Shown: positions 23,601 to 32,699 of the stretch, piece by piece | Layout of the letters: every line of letters starts with the position of its first letter | Position numbering within the stretch: the first letter of the stretch is position 1 | Notes under the pieces: generated by a model | Databases searched by the model: none | The model's input: only the letters and a program-made list of their open reading frames with translations | What the model was told of the DNA's origin: nothing | NCBI RefSeq assembly: GCF_036971445.1 | Contig: NC_091478.1 | Location: 23,250,001 to 23,314,000 of the forward strand | Direction: 5' to 3' | Length of the DNA: 64,000 bases | From: Narcine bancroftii | Taxonomy: Eukaryota | Program-made: the position numbers and the translations under genes

Positions 23601-26600
23601 GAATCCAAGCACCTTCAGCCAAGGGAAGATGTCGATCAAGATGCCTTTTCCCACGACTTTCAGAATTCCCTGGGTGTACTCGCGCACTTTCAGGAACTCT
23701 GGGTCATCTTTTTCATAGCTTGAGTTGAAACATAACAAGCTGATTACATTTGTAACCATCCAGGCCATCTCAGGCAAAATGTCCAGCGGAGAGTCCACTA
23801 ACTCTTCCAATTGGGTGCAGGTCGAGGAGACTCCTTTGAGAACTAGTCATCACCAAAATTAAGAAGATCATCATTAAATTTTAAATTTAGACATACAACA
23901 TAGTAACCTCCCCTTTCATCCCACGAGCCCGTGCCACTCGATTACACCCAATTAGCCTACAACCTGTAAGGTAAAACATCATGAGATGGGAATGTGTAGG
24001 GAGTTACCCTGTACAAGGCTGTAACAAGAAGGGGAGGTGTCCTTGTACTCCTGTTAGGTAAAACATCATGAGATGGGAATGTACGGGGCAGTAACAAGAT
24101 GTGAATGCATCCTTGTACTTACAAGATAAGAGAGACATTGATGGATTGAGAGGCAGGAAGCTAGCAGGGAAAGGATAGCAACAGTTTTAGTCATTGGACA
24201 AGTAATGATATGATGATGTTCTAAGCACATATCCAAGGGTATAAAAAATCACCATTTTGCTGATAACGGCAGAATGCATTCTCCGACTAACCTGGTTGGT
24301 CGCAAGTGTTACAATCCGGTAATAAAGAACAAAGAACCCTGATTTCGACTCAGCCTGGTGTTTGTCTCACTCATTCATGAACAAAGCAGACCTAACAATT
24401 CCCAGTACATTTTGAACAGTGGGAGGAAATCCCTGGAGATATGGGGAGAATGTACAAACTCCTTAAGGACAGTGCCGGATTTGAACCCCAGTCACTAACA
24501 CTGTAACAGCATTGCACTAACTGCCACACTAGCCACGATGCCCTCTACACTAACCGTGCCTCCTTTTAAACAAAGAGCAATGACTGGTATGTCGGATCTT
24601 CCTGGTGGATGTTAGCACTCAGATGAAAACAGGAAAGATGAGAAATATCAGCGGAGGGCAGGGAAATTAGTTTTTTTTTAAAAGTTGCATATGCTGGAAC
24701 CTTTGAGCAAACAGAGAAGCTGAGTATCGGAGCCGTGATTCGAGAGGGGGCAAGAAGGACTCCCGATGGACCCAGGCGCTAAGGCTTCTTGATCGTGTCG
24801 GAGGGTTGGATCTGGAGCTCGGATGGCCGATGGATTGAACAGGAGTCTGTGCAGCTGCGGAAAGCGCTGGAAGCGAATCCATGGACACTCAATGACTCTG
24901 AAGGGACTCTCTTTTGCTTCTCTTTCTCCTATTAGGGGCGCCGGGCTCATGGTGACTCTTTGCATTTCAGAAGGCAAAAGTTAAAAATGTGTACATTTTT
25001 AATATGTTACTACATGACGACAAAAGAAACCTTGAAGCAGATGGAACTCAGCAGGTAAAGCAGTATCAGCAGGTAGAAATGGTCACTCGACGTTTCAGGC
25101 CGGGACCCTTTATTGGGATTGCAGTGAGAGAAGTGACTATATCTAGATGTAAAAGAAGCTGGATTGGGGTGGGGTGGGGGGATGCTAAGAGGTAATTGGG
25201 TGCTTTAATTCATCGTTAGGGTAAGTCCGAATGTAAGCCTGAGGAACAACACATAAACATTGATTTTTCTTTTCTTAATTTAGGTAACATCCACCTAATA
25301 TGACAGCACAGGAACAGAGCCTTCTATGAGGGACATCTCATTTTATCATCTAATTACCAAGGTAATTACACCATAGAACAAACTGCCCCCTCACAGAAAG
25401 TTGATGAAGATTCTGAAATAAAGGCAGAAAAAGATGGAGAATCTCGGGCCAGCCAGCATCTGTGCAGCGAGAAAGAAAGGTATGTTTTCATGTCTGTAAC
25501 CTTTTGTCCAAATGTTCTTTCACCAAAGATGCTGCTTGACCTGTTGAATGTTTAAAGCGTTATTTGAGAAGTGGAATTAATGGGGTAAGTGGTAATCTGA
25601 ATTCCTGACCACAAGATCTGGGAATTAAATGGAATTGAATTGCACGTACAGTGAAAAGTGTTGGATTATGTGCTATCCAGACAAGTCAAAGCATGTAGCA
25701 TGTAGCAGGAAGTGCAATATCATGACAAATAATAAATAAGTCACAATGTAAGGAGTGCTGTTGCATTAAGTCAAGTGGTGCAGGCATGGTTACAAAAACA
25801 TAATGTAGGGCCTAGAGAAAAGTACAAGGGCACCATCTGATAGCAGCAGGAAAGAAACTGCCCTTGAATCTAGAGGTTCGAGATTTCAAGTTCATGTGCC
25901 TTCTGCCTAAAGGGAGGGAGTGAGGAGTGTTTGCCCATGGTGGGACGGGTGCTTTTTAATTTGTTAACAGCTCTTTTGAGACAGTGGGAGGTATAAACGG
26001 AGTTCGTTCATGTAAGGGAGGGGATGTCTCTAGATCAGCATTTCCCTCTTCCTGTGAAGTAGCATGTGCTATCAAAATGCACTGCAGGTACTTGTAGCAC
26101 CTTTTAATGCATCATCTCTTCCTCTGAAATGGACAGTGGCGGGAGGCATATCCCTCCGCACCTCTCCCATCCAATTTTTTCTTAAATGTTAAAATCAAGC
26201 GCTCATTCACCACTTCAGCTGGCAGCTCATTCCACACTCTCACCACTCTCTGTGTGAAGGAGTTCCACCTAAATCTTTCCACTTTCACCCTTAACCCATG
26301 TTCACTGGTTTGCATCTCACCTACCCTTGGTGGAAAAAGCCAACTTGTATTTACTCTATCCAGGTTCAGGAACAGCTGCTTCCCTTCCACCATCAGACTC
26401 CTCAACAACAAACTCAGTCAGGCACTCATTTAAGGACTCTCACTTGTGCACTTTATTGATTTTTTTTCTCTCTATTGCACAGTCAGTTTGCTTACATCAT
26501 TTTTTTACATATGTATGTGGAGTCAATTTTTTTACACTGCCAATAAGTGGTCATTCTGGCTCACCCACAGGAAAAAAAAATCTCAGGGTTGTATGTGATA

Positions 26601-29600
26601 TCATGTATGTATTCTGACAATAAATCTGAAATCTGGATCTATACCCATCATAATTACCATGGATTGTTTTCCTGCTGTTTTTCTCTAGGAGATTTAAACT
26701 GGGTTTGCATTTTATTTATTCATGAAGAGGAAGTGAAGAGAATTAAATTTAATGGTTTATTGTCACATGTACCGAGATACAGTGAAAAGCTTTGTTTGTG
26801 TGCTATCCAAGTAAGACAGACCTACTTAAATATTACCAGGTAGGGCAATAATAAAACAAAAGTGCAGGATGTAATGTTAAGGTAAGTCTAAGTGTGCTGG
26901 GTAAATCACCAGTACAAGATTTCAAGACAACACAGTTAAACTGCACAGGGGCATCATCTTTTACCATTGAGAAGTCAATTCAAAGTCAGCATTTATTGAT
27001 CCCCCTGAACTGAACAAGCAATTAGGAATCAATCACATTGATTGGTCTGAAATCGATTACGATTCAGACCAAGCAGGAATGGGAGGTTTTTTTCCAGAAA
27101 GATGTACATTTTTGCATCAGTCTGGTAGTTTCAGAATTAACATTAGAATTTTTTTTTCCCCAATGACCTGAGTTTAAATTCTCTATTGGTTGTAATAAAA
27201 AGCAAGGTTATCTTTCTAGATCAATGGTTGAGGACACTTGTATAACAGCCCAGTGTCAACAGCGAGATACTGTACCCACATTATACTGTTTGCACTTACT
27301 CAGTGCCTCGAGAGTTTCTAAACCATCACCAGGTGAGTAGAGCCTTGAAATGGTGATCTTCCTGTGAAATATCAAGGTCGGGCTGTAGTTTGCAAATGCA
27401 ATGCCTTTTCTATCTCTGGAGAGCAAGTTTGTTGTCACCTGAGCAGAGAGAGAAAGTTACGAAAGATTTTTTACTTTAATAGTTAAGTTTCAGATTGCAA
27501 TGATCTTGTTTTTACAATGTTAAATTTTAAATATAATTACAACACAGTAGAGCCATTAAAACCTGTGTTGTCCAATTACATCTAATTAACCTACCAATGA
27601 GTTTTTTGGCAAGTGGGAGGAAACCGGAACAGCGGGAAAAACTCATGCAAACACAGGGAGAACATAGAAACTCCTTTCAGACAGCACCATATTCGAACCC
27701 AGTTCACTGGCACTAGAATATCATTGCACTAACCATGGCACCCAGTGGGGAATGAACTGCCACTGTATTCCATTCTGTAGCATGGACAAAACATGAAGAT
27801 GGGGAAATGGATACGAGAGACCGCACATTTAGGAATCAGGCTTAAAAAATACGATCTGCTTGAGGAACTTAGCAGGATGATCAACTAGAGAGAGAGAGAA
27901 TAAAAACATAATGCCGGAGAAACTCAACAGGTTAACAGTCTATATGAGATACAACGTGTTCACAATCACTACTCAGGAGACAAAGTTTTGGAGAACAAGT
28001 TCTGTTTTATTTCGGGTCTGCAGAGCCGGGTGTCTCTTAGTCCCAAGACACACCAGAGATTTGAAATCATAATTCTTTTGTACAATTCCGCGCTTAGCAA
28101 AGACACCAACCCTTACAGCTCCTTCCAATCGGGATCCCAATATTTCCCATTTCTCTTCCCATCCTCCCTGATTCTACAGTGTTCCTCCTTGTTCATACAT
28201 CGCATATTATGCTAATCAGGCAGTCTTGTCATTGGGGGCGTCCAATTTATATTCTCATTAAGCAAGTGCAGTAGTGACTGCAGGTTACCCTAGGTCTTTT
28301 TGCCAGTTTAAACCAGAACTCATTGCCTTTGAATATTCTGATACACAAGGGGTCCACTAACTGTTAGTTAACTGTTCTCAAGTGCTAATCTAATCACATT
28401 CCACTACTTCTCACAATGGTGCTAGTTTAATCGCAATTCACCACTATTCATAGTGTACTTTGTATTAGCAAAGATAAAGATGTATAACCAATGTTTCTGG
28501 CTTGAGTCTTCAAGGTGGGAGGGAGATAAAGAAAGATAGATAAGGAGAGAGAGAGGGAGGTAAATGGAGAGAATGAATGGTAGATGGGGAGAGAGCAGTA
28601 GATAGGGTAAGAAAGATGTAGGTAGAGAAAGATCGAGAGAGAGGTAGATAGAGAAAGAGATCAAGATAGAATGAGTGAGAGAGGAGGAGGTGTGATATAG
28701 AGAGAGCAAGACACACACACACTTCCCATAATGTTTGGAACAGATACATTTTTTTCATTATTTGATCCTGTGCTCCACAGTTTTAAAATTGTAATTAAAC
28801 ACCTCACATGCAATTAAAGTGCATATTCCAAATTTTATTCTAGGTTATTTGTAGACATTTTGGTTTGACTATGTAGAAATTACAGCACTTTTTATTCATA
28901 GTACCTCATTCAAGGCACCATAATGTTTAGGACATTTGGCTTCACAGGTGTTGGAGATTATTCAGGTATGTTTAATTGCTTCATTGATGCAGGTATAAGA
29001 GAGCTAGGCATTCTTCTAATCTTTGGAGTCTGTAGTTGCCATTTATCAACACGAGGACCAGAGTTGCACCAAAGAAAGTCAAAGGAGCCATTTTAAGACA
29101 GATAAACAAGAATAAACCAGTCAGAGACATTGCCCAAATGTTAGGATTAGAAAAATCAAGTGTTTGGAACATCATTCAGAAGAAAGAGCTCAGTAATCGC
29201 AAAGGGGCTGGTATTGCAAGGAAGACCTCCACTGCTGATAGAATAATTCTCATCATAATGAAGAAAAATCCCCAAACGTATGCCCAACAGATCAGAAACA
29301 CTCTTCAGGAGGCAGGTGTGGACATGTCAATGACTACTGTCTACAGAAGACTTCATGAACAGAAATACAGAGGCTACACTGCAACTTACAAACCATTAAC
29401 AAGAAGCTTTGGATCTTGGGATCTCTACACTTTGCCATCACTCTGATACAGGTCTCATCTGTCCAAAATATCTTTTTCCAGAATTCTGCAGGCTCTTTTA
29501 AATACTTTTTGGCAAACTGTAATCTGGACAACTTTTTTTCTGTGGCTAACTTGTATTTCTGTTCGTGAAGTCTTCTGCAGAGGTGTGTGTGTGTGTGTGT

Positions 29601-31601
29601 GTGGACAGCACATTTCTTTCTCTGAAGGACACCAGTAAGGATTCCGTTATTGAAATAGTTTGTTTAAAATCTAGATTTACTCAACCAGCTTTGATTTAAA
29701 TTTCCCAACCAAGGTATTTGAAATTGACTCTTGTCTCTAAATAATTTGTTCACATTTCTAAAATACTAATCCAGTATTTCACCCATTGTGAAATTCTGGG
29801 GAAACTCGGCAGGTCAAACCACTGACGGTGCCAGTGCACTGGAGGTGAATCCACGGACATTCAGTGACTCTGAGGGACTCTCTTCTGCTTCTCTTTCTCT
29901 CTGACTGTAAGGGTGTCGAGAAATACTAATGGTGACACTTTATCTGCCTTACAGCAGACAACTGATGAAGCATATCAGGTCCGGGCACAGGGAAAGCAGC
30001 GGCGGCCCCGGTCCGGGCAGAGGGTAGGCGGCGGCGGCCCCGATCCGGGCAAGAGCAAAGGGGAGGCGGCGGTCCCGGCCTCGGTCGAGTACTTTATAGA
30101 GCAAAGATAAAGATGCAGAACTAATGTTCTAGGCTTGAGGTTACTTTTGGTACTGCCTCCCTCCCAGAGAATGAACACTTTATACACCTCAGTCATTCAA
30201 AAAAAACCTTTATCAAATATTATTCTTCATTAAGATATTTTTTCCAGAAATAAACTTTATTCTCAATAAATGATTTACAAAAAGAAAACAGTTCAAAGTC
30301 TTTCACCTGCTTAATATCCAATCCATACATTTCTGTCACTCAGCATTGTTACATTTATTCCCTATTTAACATAATTGTCACCACTGAGGCACCTTGTCAT
30401 TACACCCCATACTGTTATTTGAGGGGCTTCCCATCATTCTTGGTCCCTGGTAACAGAAGGACTCGAGACTGTAGTCCTTCCCTACAATGCACCAAGCCTC
30501 AGTGCATCCCTCAGCACGTACACCTGAAGCCTGGAATATGCCAGTTATCAGCGATCCCTCACTAAGATGTTTCAATTTTGACAACATTCTCATAAATCTC
30601 TAGGGCAAATCTCTTAGCTTTGATGTTGTGCTGTCCACAGTATACAATTTGAAATATATTCCAGATGAAGACTAGAAGGATATATGTAGATTTTAAGTGA
30701 GTCAGATGTAGGTTAATTTGGATCATAAATAAAAGTGTGGACTGAATGGTGTTTCCAATGATGTTGGAAAGAACAAAGAAGAAGATGATGCCAATAACAG
30801 GTGACTATTAAACACCAACTAGCTCCAGAGATGTATGGAAACAGTAAGTTAATTGGTGTATTTGGGTAGGATAGACTTATCGGCCATTAGGACCTGTATC
30901 TCCTGAAAAAAAGTTCAGGCATGCAGCGCTGTCAGAGCACTGCTCTTGCACCTCATGGGGCAGCCTCCAGGCACCTCAAGGGTGGCTCTAGAACCTTCTT
31001 CTTGCCATTTCTGATGAGCTCCAGGACTGGAAAATAATTAGCTCTGCACCCCTGAAAAAGTTCTTGAAGTGACTGTATATCAGAGCAGAAACTGAAGGAG
31101 AAGCCTGAGCACATTTAAGTGCTGAGTTTGTGCTGGAGAACTGAAACAAGACACCAATAAAATCATTGCAAATTCCCATTTTTGATTCAATACAGCAATC
31201 AAGAAAAACAAATCTAGCAATTGGCTGCTGCATTAATTAACAATATAATTGTTAAAAAGTAAACATTTAATTTTTCAATGTAAACTTACCACACTGGGTC
31301 TCCCTGCAAAAGACTTGCCCTTTTTTAACAAGACCTCCTTGGCATATTGATAGTTATTGATCACGACCATGTACTGCGATCCCAACATCAGTGCAAAAAT
31401 GTTACCGTAGGTCTTCTTGAGATCTTTGAAGTGCAGGTGAAGGGGAAGGTCACTCCTCAGGCTGAGCAGACTTCCAATGAATGGCAAAGTGGGTAAACAT
31501 TTTGGATATTTTTCCCCCTTCAGCTTTTTTTGAAAGAAGTTAGTCAAATAAAAGACTAACAAACCAACTGCAAAGATCAGGGAGGTCAGAATCAAATCCA
31601 T
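11371..31601 (-). CDS. CYP17A1: Steroid 17-alpha-hydroxylase/17,20-lyase-like cytochrome P450, whole spliced gene, 8 exons, 507 aa
   Basis: join(complement) 31290-31601, 27300-27438, 23613-23842, 20539-20625, 19089-19292, 17684-17853, 14542-14645, 11371-11648 = 1524 nt, with no stops and all introns GT-AG. Internal exon sizes 139/230/87/170/104 equal those recalled for human CYP17A1. Motifs: [43 protein letters not shown]. Lies head-to-head with BORCS7 as in other vertebrates. Confidence 0.93.
11771..11950 (+). mobile_element. tRNA-derived V-SINE/HE1-like SINE (representative copy)
   Basis: ggggcggcacag... head and ggagtttgtatgttctcccc V-domain-like core. Further copies at ~740-910(-), 17102-17350(+), 24400-24560(-), 27545-27745(-), 33290-33520(-), 41170-41340(-), 44840-45090(+), 46530-46750(-), 63530-63790(+). 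Confidence 0.7.
12900..13053 (+). mobile_element. Probable short solo LTR
   Basis: TG...CA ends (tgcaatga...ttattaca), internal AATAAA near 13009, and CCACTAGAGGGAG motif. Confidence 0.45.
14542..14645 (-). CDS. CYP17A1: CYP17A1-like exon 7
   Basis: 104 nt; (S)[34 protein letters not shown]; acceptor tttctag, donor gtaagt. Confidence 0.95.
14695..16941 (-). mobile_element. Gypsy LTR retrotransposon relic in CYP17 intron 6 (5' LTR, gag, protease, RT)
   Basis: LTR 16736-16941 with TGTAGTG...CACTACA ends. gag ATG at 16718 (MEALLKP), knuckle [10 protein letters not shown], protease [21 protein letters not shown]...YPLPRI...PFGITNG...FPYLDN. Truncated after RT. Confidence 0.88.
17684..17853 (-). 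CDS. CYP17A1: CYP17A1-like exon 6 (K helix)
   Basis: 170 nt; [56 protein letters not shown]; acceptor ttgtag, donor gtaagt. Not in the ORF track. Confidence 0.95.
17900..18890. mobile_element. CR1-like fragments (antisense 17900-18250, sense 3' end 18430-18890)
   Basis: [17 protein letters not shown] motif on minus; CR1 C-terminal and 3' UTR-like sequence on plus. Confidence 0.7.
19089..19292 (-). CDS. CYP17A1: CYP17A1-like exon 5 (I helix)
   Basis: 204 nt; [68 protein letters not shown]; acceptor tttcccag, donor gtaaaa. Confidence 0.95.
19796..19879. repeat. Inverted repeat / ~84-nt hairpin
   Basis: TGCAACACACGAAAGTGCTGGAGAAAACCAGCAG, a 16-nt loop, then CTGCTGAGTTTCTCCAGCACTTCTGTGTGTTGCA. 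Confidence 0.85.
20094..20296. mobile_element. Tigger-like MITE (same family as 1253-1481, opposite orientation)
   Basis: tagtaaaactcctggtatcc...cacctatggggattggtagat...ggataacaggggtttcactg. Confidence 0.75.
20539..20625 (-). CDS. CYP17A1: CYP17A1-like exon 4
   Basis: 87 nt; [29 protein letters not shown]; acceptor ctattccag, donor gtagct. Confidence 0.95.
21860..22300 (+). mobile_element. Penelope-like element 3' remnant (endonuclease C-terminus, pyrimidine tract, hammerhead-like core)
   Basis: [26 protein letters not shown], resembling the PLE C-terminus KLEEQHLIFRLG..PDGMNIDFS, then CTGATGA...GAAAC at 22218-22241. A similar unit lies at ~43550-44050. Confidence 0.7.
22714..23335 (+). mobile_element. 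CR1-like LINE 3' end
   Basis: [22 protein letters not shown] and [11 protein letters not shown], followed by a 3' tail. Confidence 0.85.
23613..23842 (-). CDS. CYP17A1: CYP17A1-like exon 3
   Basis: 230 nt; (I)[76 protein letters not shown]; acceptor gactag, donor AAG|gtgctt. Confidence 0.93.
23965..24397 (+). mobile_element. Solo LTR (24052-24397) preceded by a partial LTR copy (23965-24051), inside a SINE
   Basis: Ends TGTTAGGT...ACCTAACA, TATAAAA at 24240, AATAAA at 24321, flanks ACTCC/ATTCC. The partial copy repeats aggtaaaacatcatgagatgggaatgt. Confidence 0.8.
24730..25035 (+). repeat. Unclassified interspersed repeat (other copies ~22330-22710, 29810-29960, 32060-32462)
   Basis: Shared core gaatccatggacactcagtgactctgaagggactctc...gcttctctttctc and an acatgac..aaaagaa.cttgaa tail. 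Confidence 0.65.
26360..26640 (+). mobile_element. Rex1/Babar-like LINE 3' end (other copies 41805-42200(-), 45095-45420(-), 52685-53460(-))
   Basis: ccaggttcaggaacagctgct...ccaccatcagactcctcaacaac...tgtatgtgatatcatgtatgt...caataaa. ORF 41761..42267(-) has IKDPHHPAHAL..LLPSGKRY..TTSFRNS. Confidence 0.7.
27300..27438 (-). CDS. CYP17A1: CYP17A1-like exon 2
   Basis: 139 nt; [46 protein letters not shown]; acceptor ctctgctcag, donor gtaagt. Confidence 0.93.
27943..28415 (-). mobile_element. Probable solo LTR inserted in a Penelope-derived repeat
   Basis: Near-inverted ends tatgaga...tctcaca and minus-strand AATAAA (tttatt ~28006). It interrupts the aactcaacagg...agtgtactttg..agcaaagataaag repeat. 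Confidence 0.45.
28520..28722. repeat. Degenerate purine-rich (GA/GATA)n tract followed by (AC)n
   Basis: Directly visible low-complexity sequence. Confidence 0.85.
28720..29580 (+). mobile_element. Tc1-like transposon relic with an internal inverted segment
   Basis: ORF 29036..29446 has a paired-like HTH ([19 protein letters not shown]...TVYRRLHE). The continuation [25 protein letters not shown] lies on the minus strand (29334..29531). Confidence 0.85.
30250..30560 (-). mobile_element. Tx1/L1-like LINE 3' end
   Basis: Minus strand reads approximately [18 protein letters not shown] (Tx1-like C-terminus), with minus-strand AATAAA near 30257. Confidence 0.55.
31290..31601 (-). CDS. CYP17A1: CYP17A1-like exon 1 (TM anchor, proline hinge)
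   Basis: 312 nt; [19 protein letters not shown]...[15 protein letters not shown]...[18 protein letters not shown], then gtaagt. Confidence 0.96.
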
Positions 31602-31673
31602 TCTCTTGGAGCTTCAGGAGCTTGAATTAGGAACCACTCAGACTGCAGTAGATGAAACAAAGTGTGCAAGCAC

Positions 31674-31680
31674 TTTTATA
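31674..31680 (-). promoter_or_regulatory. TATA box of CYP17A1-like gene
   Basis: TATAAAA on the minus strand, ~73 nt upstream of the ATG. Confidence 0.65.
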
Positions 31681-32043
31681 CATCCATCCTGTCCTCTCAG
31701 GGTTAAATGCAAATCCATATCTCAGCATTTTTGTTCCCCAGCCAGAGCTCAATGCAAATTGCATTTGCAGAGGAAACACAGTGCTCCCCCGCAGGGTCCA
31801 ACCTCCAGTCAGACTGCCATCTGCCTCCTACAGGCTTTAAACAGCCTGTTAAAGGAGCCGACAGTGGTTTATTTTAAAATTCTGTGACCGTAGGGGCCTG
31901 GGCCCAAAATCGCGGCACTTGTGTTTGGGAGCAACCTTGAGGGGTTGCAGACTCCAGGAATGCAGAGGACTGGCACAAAATGGGAAGATGACACCCCCGC
32001 CCCCCCCCAACCCCCATTTGAGAAGTAGAGGAGACAACTCTAA

Positions 32044-32051
32044 TGACCTTG
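32044..32051 (-). promoter_or_regulatory. Candidate SF-1/NR5A1 site
   Basis: TGACCTTG (CAAGGTCA on minus) ~450 nt upstream of the ATG, with a related TCAAGGTTG at 31932-31940. SF-1 control of CYP17 is established, but a short motif may be chance. Confidence 0.4.
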
Positions 32052-32699
32052 CACAATGGTGACCCCCAGCAGTGGACCAGCGAGGGGCTCTGAGGCTGAG
32101 GGCTGCTGGCGACAGCTGTCAAAGGACCAGGAATCACATAGGCTGCAGACTGCTGGAGACTGTCTCAAGACTGGTATCAGAACCGAGATGTGAGAGGATG
32201 CTAATGGCACTGAGGCCCTTCTAATCACGTTGGATATATGGATCTGGAGCTTGGGTTGCCGATGGTTTGGATTGAAGGCTGTACAGCTGCAGAGGCTGCA
32301 GGAGCTCTAAAGGCAAATCCATGGACACTCAGTGACTCTGGGGAGACTTCTTCTCTGACTGTAAGGGGCACTGAGCAATTTCTGCTGATCACAGTAGACT
32401 AAAGGAAATTTCGCGCAATATCACATTTTCTGTTTTATTACACAACAATAAAAGAATCTTGAACAGTGCAACACCAACATCATTGACACAATTTACTCCT
32501 ACAAAAACTTCTAATCAAACTCATTTGAAAGTAGAAAGTGTCATATGAAAGCTACATGGTGTGGATTTTGCAATCCATTGCAAACTTGCAGCACTTATCA
32601 TTCACCACACTGAGAGAAGAGGTTAAGCTTTTTTAGTGCAAGATAGAATTCTTCTGCGACCTCTTCTACAGGCTATCTCTAGCATTCATGGAGCCGTGT

